Positions 27,150 to 39,700 of a stretch of DNA of 64,000 nucleotides are shown piece after piece (the first letter of the stretch is position 1; each line of letters begins with the position of its first letter). A model generated the notes under the pieces. It made no database searches. It was not told the DNA's origin and saw only the letters and a program-made list of their open reading frames with translations. Source of the DNA: Utricularia gibba (taxonomy: Eukaryota > Plantae > Magnoliophyta); the NCBI GenBank assembly GCA_002189035.1, contig CM007989.1:3596001-3660000 (forward strand), read 5' to 3'. The position numbers were made by a program, and so were the translations under genes.

Positions 27150-28552
27150 CCTCCTCCAATCACGAACCGAAGCACTCCGCCGTGATCGACTACTACTCAC
27201 TCCGGCTCTGGAGCAGGCACCGCGAGAAGAAAGGGAGAGAAAATCTCGGAAAACAAGGGCTCTCGTTTACGAGGCAATCAAACACAGATTGTGTTGCTAC
27301 TTCCCTGAGGATAACACTAAAACGTACCCCTCCCAAAAAACGCAATATGTCTCCCTATTTCTGGACGATTTTTTCCCCCTTCTCACTCCTCTTAATTCTT
27401 AAAATACAAATGCCAAATAATCCGAATAGTAAAATGGGGAGATGGAGGGGCGGACACACATGGCCGCAGGCAGACTCTCAGACGTCTGTCGTGGGCCCCA
27501 GGGCCGAAATTTACCTCACTGTCTCTTTCATTGACAGTGTATTCCCCCTTGGTAACTCTGTTAATTTTTTCATATTTTAATACTTTGTTTGATACTTAAT
27601 TTTATACATATATCATTATTTGATTAACTAGTATATATATGTAACAATTGTATCAGTATACCACTCACATACTCATTTTTTGAGCATAATATACACAAAT
27701 GAAGTGGAAACTAAAATATTTATATTAATTGTATATTTAAACTTCTAATTTCAAATATCAAATCTGATATATAATTGAGTGTATACATATTTAATTATAT
27801 TATACTTAAATATACTAATATATTGACATCAAATGACTTCTAATTAATTTCTTTGGAGGCAGATAAAAGCTTCATTAGAATGGAGGCTTGACTAATTAAA
27901 TTGATTAATTAATCCCATAAGTCAATATAATATAATTATTAGCGTTAGTGACCCCGACTTCCCACTGCATTCATCATAGAGTAAAATGTCACTTATTAAA
28001 TTAATGTAAATTAATTACCACCTTTTTCTGAATTTATTGCTTCAATAAAATCTCCCACGAGGGTTGCGTGGAGATACTATTTTAATTTCACAATTACATG
28101 ACCTTATTATTCAAAAAGGGCTTTTTTAAATTACCGTTTAATAATAATAACAACCCCGACACTCCACGAGACTAGAAAAAGGAAAAAGTACTGGTGCTTC
28201 TGGTTGGCATGTTGATTGAGCAGCTGGTTTGGGGCAAGTTGAGGAGAAAGCGACGCTAGTGTCTTATTTCGCAGCTGCGACTGCATGTACGGACGGTGTT
28301 TCTTGGGAAAAGGAGCGGGGAAGCGCACAAATGAAGAGAAGAAAAGCCCCCCCACTGGCTCAATCCCCATCCCCATGTGGGAGGAGCTGTTTCTTTTTTC
28401 TCAACTTTCACCTGGAGGCAGATATTGCTTCTGTGGCTCGAGGATTTTGAACGAGTATGAAATAATAATCAGTGGTGTCACGAGGGAAAGAGAACAGCAT
28501 CCAGCAGAATCAGCAGTAGCATTGCTTTGCTGTGTCAGGGAGATGCTTCTCT

Positions 28553-30917
28553 TCAGTAATAAGCTTTTCGGGGATTGTTCTGCACAGCAGCAAAAGACAA
28601 GGTATCCGGAGTGAGTGCTATCCGCTCGCAAGGGGAAAAAGGTGGTGGAGCAAGCACTTACAAGGGGATTCGGCCTGTAGCGATAGCCGAGCATCATCCG
28701 CTTCTTGTACTGCTCATAAATGTCGTCTTCAGCGGTCACTTCACCAGGGGCATGGGCACCCACTCCCAGATTGTCCTTTTTCACATCCCCTGCCATTATT
28801 GGATCTGCAATTCCAGATCTTGAACTCCCAAGGCCCTCACCTGCAGTTTAGAAGCTTTGGTTGGTACCGTCGATTACTTGCATGTTGAAGACATTGGCCA
28901 GTGTAAGTCCAAGTGCCAACGCTATGCTTACCCTCCTTCCAGCCCATCTTGGACAGCAGTCTGTGGCCAACATTATCCGCCTGGATCTTTGCCTTCTCGG
29001 CGTACTCTTTTGCATACTTCTGTGCAGATACGTCATTACAAGTAGCCAAGAATTTCTCAAGTTCTTCAGGGGGGATGTAGTCGCCCATGTGATGACCCTT
29101 CTTAGGAGCTGTGTAAAAGATCATTCACGATTGGGGCTCTAAAGAACCGTGAAGTATACGTAAAAGAAGGGAGAGAAAATGTTCTGGTGCATGTAACACG
29201 GGAAGCAATTTGGGGAAAAGCCGGTGTCTTCAAGTACCTTGCAAGGACTCCGGAGGTGGCATCTCGTCCTTTGAGGCCTTAGGCGGCCTCCGCTTCTCTT
29301 CTTGGGCTGCCTTTTTCATGTAGTATTCCATCATGGCTAAGGGATCAGAGGCACCTGAAGTAAAAGACTCGCCTGCAAACAAGCACACATTGGTAAATGA
29401 CCAGCAACGACCCGAACAAGCATGTGCAAAAGATAGCAGCACGATGAAATCCGGGTAACAAGTACCATATTTTCCCGCTTCTTCAGTTGATACAAGGGTC
29501 CCTGGATGTGAAGAACTCTCATGCAAGGCTGAGACTGGAGTTTGATAGTTTGGTTGCCGATAATGTGATCTATGGGAGCTGCTTGATGAATGTGAAGCAC
29601 TATCTAAACAAGAAGAGGGAAATGAAAAAATAAGCATGAGGATAGCATGATCCATTGGAATTACAAATAAAACTAACCACTTTGTGAAGATTGAGATTCT
29701 CTTGTTCGGAGTACTTCCTTTTCCTCTATACTTAAGCGATACTCATAATACTTGTAGTCTGGAGAGGTATTGTCATATAAGAACCTGCCATAAAGCTCTT
29801 CCGTTAACACATCAACAGGGATAGATGATCAACATAAAATAAAGGCAGTTCAAATACATACGAATCTACTAAAAAACAAGGAGAAATAATAAGGATCGAT
29901 GCATACTTGAATGGAGTATCCCCAGGGTTTTTTTGTCTAGTTACATGCTCAAACTGCCGCCCATTTTTTGCCACAAAACTTGCTAACTTGTCTGCCACTT
30001 TCTTTACAGTAGGATCGCTTGGGGAAGGCGGTACTGCATTGTCACTTAAAGAACGGATTAAAACCAGGACCATGAAGCAGTCAATTGTAAACTACTCTTG
30101 CAGCCACAATGCAAATCTTTCACAGAACACCTCTTTCCACCAACGTTGATAGGATAAGTAAAAGCTGCATTCATCAGATGAAAGTAATTCAAGAGTGTTT
30201 TGTTCTCAGTCCAGACCGAATATCAGAAATCCCATGACAATTATCCAAATTATACAGTGTCCTTATTACTTAACAAGGGCTTCATCAAAAGCAGCGGAAG
30301 GAGCTTCAGCTAACACAGAATTGAGATAAGGCAGGAATTTTTGGAAGAGAACAGCGAAGCAGTTTGCAGCCTCACTGAAAAAACTGTGGAATCAAAGTAA
30401 TATTATCCACCTGCTGCCTCAAAGGCATGGCATGACTTCAGATTGAACCAGTCTCTTGTCACTCTATGCAAGTATAAACCATATGAGAATGAAAAAAAAG
30501 GAAAAGAAATGGAACTACCATTATCAGGTTGTTTAGATGATTGATCAGAGGATCCCATCTGGTTCAACTTTGCACGCTTCACTGGCCCATCATCTGAAGA
30601 CCTTCCATTCTCTTTGTCATCTTCATCTTCCTCAAATCTTACAGGGGGGAGACAAGTTTTGACTTCTGCTTCAAGCTGAAGGCCAGTTTTCCTCCTGACG
30701 AAGTTTGGGCTGTATCTTGTGAGCTAGTTCTCTTAGAATTTGCCTTCGTTTTGGAAATGATAGTCTTCGGAGTGGAAATCAAAGAGGTATTAGAGAGTGA
30801 CTTGGAGGTGCTACCCATGGCTTCAGTTTTCTTGTCCTTCTCTTGCTGAAGCTGTTTGAACCTCTCTAAGAATGATCCATCATTTACAAATAGACCGGGA
30901 ACTGTTGCGTTATCCAT
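28553..30917 (-). CDS. SURP and G-patch domain-containing splicing-related protein (SUGP1-like); apparent frameshift at 30644-30649
   Basis: Start with LFVNDGSFLERFKQLQQ. SURP domain VKKVADKLASFVAKNGRQFEHVTRQKNPGDTPFK|FLYD..SPDYKYYEYRL. G-patch IQADNVGHRLLSKMGWKEG|EGLGS. End DIYEQYKKRMMLGYRYRPNPL|NNPRKAYY stop (28553-28555). Confidence 0.93.
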
Positions 30918-32084
30918 CCCTTAATTGCCAATGTTGTTCCAGAATTACGGATTGGCTGCTTGGCAGTAAAGCTCAAGCACGAGTTAGCAGTGAAAGGGGC
31001 CAAATCATATATAAATATCCAAATGTGCGTTACCCAGAAAACTATCAATTTGATGTAACCGCTTTTCAGTCCATGACGAACCAAAAAAAAAAAAAAAAAA
31101 GAAATCTCCTTCTCACGATATAATAACTCGGAACAAGGACCGTTAAACATGCCACACGCTCAGAAAACTGAACGACAAAAGATTCAATGCTCGACATACC
31201 CAATAAATAGGTCATTTTATTAGCATATAAGAACGAACTCAAAAAACTACTCCGCTTCAATCCCCAACCCCTCCCCATGTTTCCTGAATTCGACATATCC
31301 AGATTCCGATCAATACTTTCAAAAATCACCTACCACTTACGAGCAATATCAATCTCCCTCAACGCAATAAAGGATAATAAAAAAATCACAAATTTCGAAC
31401 GCGCTGTGCAGCGGATACGAACCGATCAACGAGGAAATTTTGAAGCTTCTTCGATGGGGAGTGAAACCCTGATACTCCACCCAATCTCCGATCTCCAGGA
31501 TGAAATGTTGATTCACCCACGTCAACGTCGTCCTTATATAGCTTCGCCTCGTTTTTTACATGCGGGAATTGGTCTAAATGGGCCGGTACCATTTTTACGG
31601 CCCAATAACTCCAGGCAAAAGTAACACAAATTCAATGTTTGTAGGTGTTTAATTGAGGCCAGAATCTATTTCAATAGCAAGCCGAAGTTAGCTTTTAGCT
31701 CCATACATTAATTATATCAAGTCCTATCAGCCATAAACTAGATTCAAATGTTTGATTTTGATTCTCAAAAAATAATTTCCAAAAAAAAATATTTTTTAAA
31801 ATTTGTTTTTATAGATAAGTAGAATTCATTATTATATGATAATAAAATTAATTATTTTAGAAATAAAAATTATTTCAAATATATTTTGAAGAGAGTTAGG
31901 GCTAACATGATACATGTGCCCAGAAATGCCCTTGTGTCCCAACGGATCTTTTTATTTTTTTATTTTTTTTCTTTTATAGGTATCTCCAATTCTCCATTGA
32001 CTCAACGGACCTGTTACTGAGGGTAAGAGCTCAAGCTCCTTCATGACAGCATAGGAACTCCATTTGACATTCAGCACAAGCAAA

Positions 32085-32110
32085 AGAGAGAGAGAGAGAG
32101 AGAGAGAGAG
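32085..32110. repeat. (AG)13 microsatellite downstream of the SAP coding sequence
   Basis: Directly visible perfect dinucleotide run. Confidence 0.95.
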
Positions 32111-32291
32111 CTTATTACACGAATAGATACCAGAAGAAGGTTCGGGAAGACAAATCATGGTGTTCTAGCATGCCCCTGAACAAGTACAGGAACTCCCAGC
32201 ATTGGGATTTTGAGTCTAAGGATACCCATCCTGTGACTCAATGCATCAGTGGAGTTTTTCTTGCTGTGCTTGAAAGTTGATGTTGAAATCT

Positions 32292-32807
32292 TTAAATTTT
32301 GTCCAGCTTTTCGGCCTTGATCAATGGGTTGGCCTTGGCTATGGCTTCCTGACCAGCTGAACGGTAGTCAAAGGAGCATTGGTGTTTGTCCGAGTAGCGA
32401 TGAGAGGAGCAGAAAGTCCCACCACAGCGACAGTTGAAGCCAGTGAGACCTACACGCTTCCTGCAGCAGCCACACCTCGTTGGACCATCTTTAACTTCCT
32501 TAGCCTCTTCTGTGGTTGGCAATGCAACAGAAGCTTGAAGTAATGGCGTTGCAGTGTCTAAGCTCACAGTTTGTGCTTCTGCAGACGCTACATTGGCATC
32601 AGAATGCTTTCCCAAAACACTGGATGTGCCATCCACGATGCTCTGGATAGATGAAGCTGCAAACTTGGTTTGCTCTTGCTTTAACACGAGGTCTTTGTAG
32701 CACTTCGAGCACATGTTCATGGTCGCTACTGCTCCGAAGAAACCACAGTTGTTCACACAGAGGATAGGAGCCTGAGGAGCATGGCAGCCAGTCTCATTTT
32801 GTTCCAT
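32292..32807 (-). CDS. SAP: A20/AN1 zinc-finger stress-associated protein, 171 aa, single coding exon
   Basis: A20 finger [23 protein letters not shown] and AN1 finger [38 protein letters not shown]. End [15 protein letters not shown] at 32807 follows an intron acceptor. Confidence 0.96.
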   Translation of the reverse strand: MEQNETGCHAPQAPILCVNNCGFFGAVATMNMCSKCYKDLVLKQEQTKFAASSIQSIVDGTSSVLGKHSDANVASAEAQTVSLDTATPLLQASVALPTTEEAKEVKDGPTRCGCCRKRVGLTGFNCRCGGTFCSSHRYSDKHQCSFDYRSAGQEAIAKANPLIKAEKLDKI

Positions 32808-33957
32808 TGGTAAGATTTCTAAAAAAAAAAGAGCAGAAAAAATCTTCATGAGTCACCCCTCACATCATGATACATGGTAAGTTTCAGTTAAATGTGGCTT
32901 CAAATTCCTGAATTTTGAAAAGCATACACAGATCAGGAATGAAGTTTCTTTTTTTCTGCACACAGAGTCCATAGGCCTCCTCCACTAATAAAGAAAAAGG
33001 CACAGAATATTCCCCAAAATCGAGCAATCTCAATCGCGATCCCCTCTCATCCCAAACAGACTACCGAATTCGCGCTTCACGATAAAAAAAAAAAGCAACA
33101 AAGGATTAAGAAGCATCAACTAGAACTCATCCATTCGCAAAAAAGTTGATCCATTTCAGCTCCTCCCCCGGGGAAAGACCCCCAAAACAACGACAATGCA
33201 AAACCCCCCGAAAAAAATAAAAAAAAAAAGGAATTGCCATATGAACATGCCCTCAAATTTCCAGAAAAGAATTAATTGATCCCGGAAACGCGATCCGTAT
33301 CACCTAAAGGAAATCAACACTTCGTGTATTGAAAGAAGAAAGAGCAGAGACGTACAAGAAATATAGAGAGAGAAAACCCTAGAAGAGCGAAGAGAGAGAA
33401 CGGTGAATCTCAACTCAACAGGCGGACGCCGAGAGTTCATCGATCAGGTATATTTATCCCTGTGCTGCGGTCCACCTGAGCCCACCCCCAAGACCTGAAA
33501 AGTATCTTTTAGATTGGCCCAAAGAGATAGTCCCTTACCCAAAAAAAAAAAAGAAAAAATCCGCACCGATTTAGAAGGGGTCCAAATAGAAACAAATAAT
33601 AAATTGCCTCGCCCCCTGGCCATGACGGGATTTCATACTAAAAATATTGAAATTCTTATCTTTAAAAAATATCTCATTGAATCAATCTTTTTATCCAGTG
33701 GGGCCTGGGCACTGAAACAAAAGTGAAGTAATGGGAAGATCCTGATCTATTTGGAATCATGAAATAAAGCTAGAAGCCTCGCCCCTTTTGACACCATAGA
33801 TTAAGAAAACTACAATCGAGATAGGCAACGATCAATGAAATTGAGAATCACGATATAGAACGAACTACATGAAATAAAGTGAGTAGAAAAAAGGTAGACT
33901 AAAAACCATATAACCTCTGCGGAACTTATGGCAAAATCCCAAACCTAATTAAAACAA

Positions 33958-34245
33958 TGTTTTAGAAAAATTTTTAAAACTGTTTTTACTTTTCAAAATT
34001 ATTTTTGAAAAATAGAAATAAAAAGTTAATAAGTATTCTGAAAATTTTTTAAAACTTATTTCTAATTTTCAGAAGTAAAAATAGTTTTATTCTAAAAAAC
34101 TTTTAATTGTAAAAGTAATTCTATCAAAAATAATTTTAAAATTATAACTACAAAAGTTATTTTTAAAAAAGTAATAAATTTGTTACTTTTACTTTTCAAA
34201 ATTATTTTTGAAAAGTAAAAACAGGTTTCAAAAATTTTCCATAAT
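33958..34245. mobile_element. MITE-like foldback element with ~45-bp imperfect terminal inverted repeats
   Basis: Left end TGTTTTTAGAAAAATTTTTAAAACTGTTTTTACTTTTCAAAA is the near reverse complement of the right end TTTTGAAAAGTAAAAACAGGTTTCAAAAATTTTCCA. Extremely AT-rich and non-coding. Confidence 0.6.
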
Positions 34246-34250
34246 ATTCC

Positions 34251-34565
34251 TTAAATGTGTGTTTTAGAAAATTTTTAGAACTTATTTTTATTTTTGAAAA
34301 AGTAAAAAGTAAAAGTAGAAATAGTTTATAAAAATAGAAGTAAAAATGGTTATTCTAGAATAGTGTAAAATTTTTTATGGATTTATGTTGAAAAATAGAA
34401 ATAGGATACAAAATAGCTCAATTCTATTTTTTCAAAATTATTTTTGAAGTGTAATACTAAAAGTATTTTTAGTAAAAATAAAAAAAATGGTATTCTAGAT
34501 TAAAATTATTTTTATTTTTCCAAAAATAAAAATAGGGTGTAAAAATTTTCTAAAACACACCTTAA
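34251..34565. mobile_element. MITE-like element (Tourist/PIF-Harbinger-like), directly adjacent to a related copy
   Basis: Ends TTAAATGTGTGTTTTAGAAAATTTT and AAAATTTTCTAAAACACACCTTAA form an inverted pair bounded by TTAA/TAA. Superfamily assignment is inference from the TAA-type ends. Confidence 0.6.
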
Positions 34566-35132
34566 CTTTTCACATTACTGCATTCAAACCTACCGGAAAC
34601 CAACCCCAATTTTTGAAATACATGGATACTATTTTAAAAACAAATTGAATCTATTTTTAGTTTATTTATTGGATTTGTTTTGTGATTTTAAGTTGCGCGT
34701 TAGATTATATGGGATAGAATCAATTTTGAAATTATGTAAATAGAATTAATTTAAGAATGTAAAACTTTTTTGTGATATAATATAAAATTATATTATAAAA
34801 ATTAATAAAATAAAATATATATTATAAGGTTTAATATATTAAAATAATGTATAATTTATTATTATGACTTATGATTTTATGCAAGTATATTTTTAGAACA
34901 GATAAAAAGTAAATATTATAAAAAAATGGTTAATTTTTAGAAAATTCCAAAGTGGAAGATGAAAGTCAAGGCAGCATATGAGAGAAACAGAGGGAGGCAC
35001 TATGAAATGGCAAAAGACGACATGGGAAAATGTACTTGGACAGTCAAATGAACGACACAGGCTGCTTGATGATGAGGAAGGGTTGCGGTTGCGGTGGTGT
35101 TCCTGGACCTGGACAGTCAAATGAATGAACGA

Positions 35133-35155
35133 GGGTCGGGTAGGGTAGGGTAGGG
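35133..35155 (+). promoter_or_regulatory. G-quadruplex-forming motif GGGTCGGG(TAGGG)3
   Basis: Five G3 tracts separated by 2-nt loops, about 170 nt upstream of the PRP ATG. Function is not shown. Confidence 0.7.
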
Positions 35156-35327
35156 TAGGCTCCATCCAGGCTGTGTCTGCTCGGCTTCAACAAAGCAGTG
35201 AGTCGCTGGCATGGCATGGCATGGCATGGAGGAGGAACTCAACGCACCGCACCCCACCATGATTGGAATGCAATGCTGACTTTTACAGCTATAAGTAGCC
35301 AGCGCTGGGGTGAGACAGAGCAGGTAG

Positions 35328-35915
35328 ATGGCCATGGGGGGGAAGCGATGGGGCATCATCTTCATCGCCCTGTTTGCGCTGCTTGCTCAACACTTTGTTG
35401 TGGCTCATTCATCGGACGGGGCCGGGGGCGGGGACGGGGACGGGGACGGGATGGGGACGGCGGCGGCCACTGGCACTGGCATTGGCACTGGCACAGGGAC
35501 TGGAGATGGTGGAAGCATACCCCACCACCACCACCGGCTAAACCCCTTCTCCGCCACCGGCTAAAGCGCCTTCTCCATCACCGGCAAAACCGCCATCTCC
35601 GCCACCGGCCAAACCGCCATCTCCGCCACCGGCCAAACCGCCATCTCCGCCACCGGCCAAACCGCCTTCCCCGCCACCGGCTAAACCACCTTCCCCGCCA
35701 CCCGCTAAACCACCTTCCCCGCCACCCGCTAAACCAAACCACCTTCCCCGCCACCCGCTAAACCGCCTTCTCCACCACCGGCCAAACCGCCACCTCCACG
35801 ATATCCGCCGCCGCCACCACCGCACGGGCATGATTTCAAGTGCAGGCAATGCCGATGCTGGGAATGTGACCAACCTTACCCCGGACATCATTACCCATAT
35901 GAACACTACCACTAA
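35328..35915 (+). CDS. Secreted proline-rich/extensin-like cell-wall protein; reading frame broken at three points in this sequence
   Basis: Signal-peptide-like MAMGGKRWGIIFIALFALLAQHFVVA, then GD repeats and 11 x PPAKPPSP. C-terminus YPPPPPPHGHDFKCRQCRCWECDQPYPGHHYPYEHYH, stop 35913-35915. The three parts lie in different frames. Confidence 0.7.
35530..35795 (+). repeat. 24-bp coding tandem repeat, about 11 units (CCACCGGCYAAACCRCCWTCYCCG; PPAKPPSP)
   Basis: Units counted at GCN-AAA positions 35537, 35560, 35584, 35608, 35632, 35656, 35680, 35704, 35728, 35757 and 35781. Unit 9 has an AAACC duplication. Confidence 0.92.
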
Positions 35916-36772
35916 AACACATCCCACAAACCGCCATCTCTTCTCCTTCGATTCGCCGCATAATCATCGCATTGTTGTTACCCCGGAATAAACCTCCCGT
36001 CCTGTATGCTTCAGGCGTCGTCTTCTCTTTTCCTGTCCTGTGTCTGGTTATTCCCTTCAAAATAAAAAACGTCTCGTATTCGTTGGCTGCTAAAGCATCA
36101 TTTGTGTTTTAATAGTTGAATTCAAATGTAACAATTTTCATTTTGCACGTGTTTGTTTGGAATTAATTGATATTCCAAAAAATATTTTAATACAAGTATA
36201 TTTGATTTATAAATTGAAAATAAGAAAATAAATATTTTAGAAATATTTACTTTTTATAATAATGACTATACATTTTCTCATTTTCTATACACTTAATTAT
36301 AAAAATTGAAATAGCATTCATAAAAACATATAATATCGAATATTCTACCAATAAAACACAAATTTATCATCATCATCAGTGAAATTTCAGAAAGGAAGAA
36401 CAAATTTTAGAATATCAAACCCAACAAATTCCGATGAATAAAAAAGAAAAAAAATCAAAATTAAAGATGCAGAACAAAAAAAATCATTATCAATTAAATC
36501 GATCACATGAAAAAGAATTGAATGAAATAAAAAAATCATGAAATAAAATTAAAATGATAAAATCATTATAATATAATATTAGAGAACAAAACAATTATTA
36601 ATTATCAATTAGAAAGTCAAATTTATGTCACCTCCCTACTCCATTTAATTTTTTTAAATACTTAAAAAATATCTCAAATAAATAACGACATATTATTTTT
36701 CTAATAATAAAATCCTCCCGTGGGTGATTACGTTTTGTTCCAAGACACGAACAAGGGAGCGAATCAGTCAGG

Positions 36773-39700
36773 TCAGTATTTGATGCTCCAGAGTGCGGAT
36801 GAATGGGAATCGTCTACTGCGTACCTGAGTTCCGGCGGCATGTCGTTCAGCTTTCCGCACGCCTGGAGACGCGCCCTGAGATATGAGAGGAGCTCGCTGT
36901 GTGCTGATTGCTTCCTTTTGATTACACGATAGTATGCATAGAGTCCAAGCCACATGATCTCCCTCTTCTTGACGTCATATTTGGGACGGGCGTTGGGATC
37001 CCATCGAAAATTATACATCTTCCTCCGAATCAATCTGTTCATGTACCTGGAAACAGGATGCGAGAAGGGAAATGGGCACACTGAAGGGGTAAAAGGTTGC
37101 ATGGGTGTGTATGTGGGTGTTGGTTACCTGAAGGATGTGTCAATGGCCTTCATGTAGAACTGGGGAGTGAACTTGGGCAGGATGGATAAATGGGAGATGT
37201 AGCAAATGAATTTCATAGCGCAGAGAACGAATAGCTGGTAGATATTTAGCCTGACGACGCATCTTGAGTTGATGTTGGAGTCGTAGAATATTGGATGGCA
37301 CTTGGGGCGCAGGAAAGCCTGCAGCTTTCGGGTTATCTGATGGCCTACTCTGCCTTGGCAGCTCACCGTTAGAGTGGAACTCAAATGTGTGCTGAGATAC
37401 CTGCAGTAGGAGACAAGGATCGGGTAGCATTAACAGTGAGTTGTTTTGATGTCAATGCAGGCAGGAAGCATGAGATGAACCTGGTGTAGTCGGCCTGTAT
37501 TTCTAATGTTGCACAGTTGACAAGGAGCCCACTCCAGCGGAGAAAAGAGATGCCGTCTTTGCCAACAAAGAGCCTGTTTGATTGAGAGAAATCTCTGTCT
37601 TCCATGCTGAAGTTTACACCGGACTTCTCCATATTCATGTGGCAGTTGTAATCTCGTACTCCTCTTTCCAACCGCGAAAAGAACATAGAAGCTTGCTTCT
37701 TGGAAGTTGATATGAAAAGGAAGTCGTCAATGAACCTGAGTAGAAGATAATTGGAACCACCTGAAGAAGCTTGTTTCGCGTTGTTGTTCCCTGAAGTTGA
37801 AGCATCGGTTTTTTCCAAGAGATCTTCAACTTCACAAGATTTCTTCATGAACGGGAGAAGCACACTTCTTTCCATATGCTCGTAATAAAACGAACAAAGC
37901 AGAGGAGACAAAACACTTCCTTGAGGTATACCAACACGTTGCAAGAATAAGGTGTTACCAAATAGCACCACATTGCGTGTGATATGCTCTTTCAGGTTGA
38001 AGTTAATTTCTGCCTCGCCCACAGTCCTTCTCGTACCCTTGAAGAGGAGGGAAAGAAATGATAGTTTAACCATCAAGCTTATAACTATGGAACATATACA
38101 GACAAATTTAGTGTCCATGTCTTGTCAAGATCAACTAAGTGACCTCTCACGAGTTACTATCATGCGATCGGCTAGAAATGCATCATTTATCATGAGAAGT
38201 AACAAGTGGTAGCAATACCTTGTTAATGAAAACACCATCCAAGGAATCAGGAGGAGGCAGTAGGGGAAGTTTTGCAGAATCAGTAGTGCTATCTTGATGC
38301 ACTAATATCTGATGTCGACGGACGTTCAAGGACCCATTGGAGCAGACAACCTGTTTAACCTCTTCCAATGTATATTCATTATCTAATATGACATCCCTTA
38401 GTACTGTAAGCAATTTATCATGCTTGATAGAATCAAAGGCTTTTGAGACATCTGAAACAACAATATACACTCCAGGAAATATAGCCAATCCTTCCCTGAG
38501 AGAATACAAGAAGGGTACAAGTTTTTGGTATACACCATTGTAATCAAAAACCGATGAATTGAACTTCAGTGATTCTGTACCAGATAAACCTTTAAGAACC
38601 ACGTGCATATCATGCAGAACTTTGTTAACAGACTTAAAAAAATGATTTCTCACTCGGATATTTCTAAATGCTCGCATGTGCTTTTGACTAGAGCCAAGTC
38701 TATGAGACTGTCTCAGAGGCAGTCTCGACGGTGCTTGTAGGTTTGCCAAGAGTCTGAATCCCATTCTCTTTGGACGAAGCCGGACTCTTGAGAAACCAAA
38801 CATTCTTTTCTCCAATATCTTCTTAGCAGAGCCCTGGCCTAGCTTGCTATAATTCTCATCACTCAAGCATTCAGCTTCGCAACTTAGTTTTTCCCAGACA
38901 GACTTCTGATAATATAGTACCTCTAGTTTTTCATCCTCTGAATCTGTGACATAAAAGTTGGCCTGAAGCAGGGGTGACACCAGATGGGTGAAAAACCAGA
39001 ATATCCAGCGTTCCATCACTGCATGTCTAGCAATATCATTGTTGGAAAGTGCGCCACACACCTTAACATCCTTGTGATAGATGCTTGAAAATAATGGGAA
39101 CTTGGATATTTTTAACCTATGAATACATTCTTTCAGGGTGAACTTCTCATATTTTCTCAGCTTGATAAACCTTGAGATGTTTTTCCTCAGAACTCTCCAG
39201 TTAGAAATCTCTCCAAGCAGAGATGGAGGGATTATCCTCCTGCAAATTGCCCAGATAAACGACACTACTTGCTTCCTCGGGCAACAGAGCTTGTTTAGTT
39301 CACGTGGACCATCAGAAGCTTCAGAAGTTATATCATTCTCCGCTGTCTGGCCAAATGATTCTCCTTCAGAACGTGAGGGCCCTAATCTGCGGGAATGTTT
39401 GTCTTTTGCAGAACTGCTTTCCTAGATCAAAATGTCATGGATCTAAGCACACTCTCCTGTATCACCATCGATAAAATAGCAATAATACTAGCTAACTGAA
39501 AGCAGGTGAGCAAGGAACACACAACGAAAACAGTGAGACACAGAGAACCTTAAACTTAGTGCAACCACTTGATTTTGTATCCTGATGACCAGCCATGCAA
39601 TGTCTATCAAACAGCCTCAGATGCGGGCAATTTCTGGTCTTCCGTATGAGACCTTTGAGAAGCTTAATAAGAGAGTGGTACCTGAATACAGAAGAACAGG

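Noticed and set aside
27560-27860. AT-rich intergenic stretches (also 2800-3200, 36100-36700) resembling transposon debris
   Set aside because: I could not define terminal repeats or target-site duplications.
28051-28074. Small hairpin TCTCCCACG...CGTGGAGA
   Set aside because: The stem is too short for a miRNA precursor, and stems like this are expected by chance.
33374-33382. AAACCCTAG motifs (also about 45505 and 61526) considered as interstitial telomere sequence
   Set aside because: Single telo-box-like units only, with no tandem TTTAGGG array. They are common in plant leaders and can occur by chance.
35530-35795. Regular repeat arrays considered as CRISPR-like
   Set aside because: Head-to-tail coding repeats without unique spacers, in a plant nuclear genome with no cas genes.
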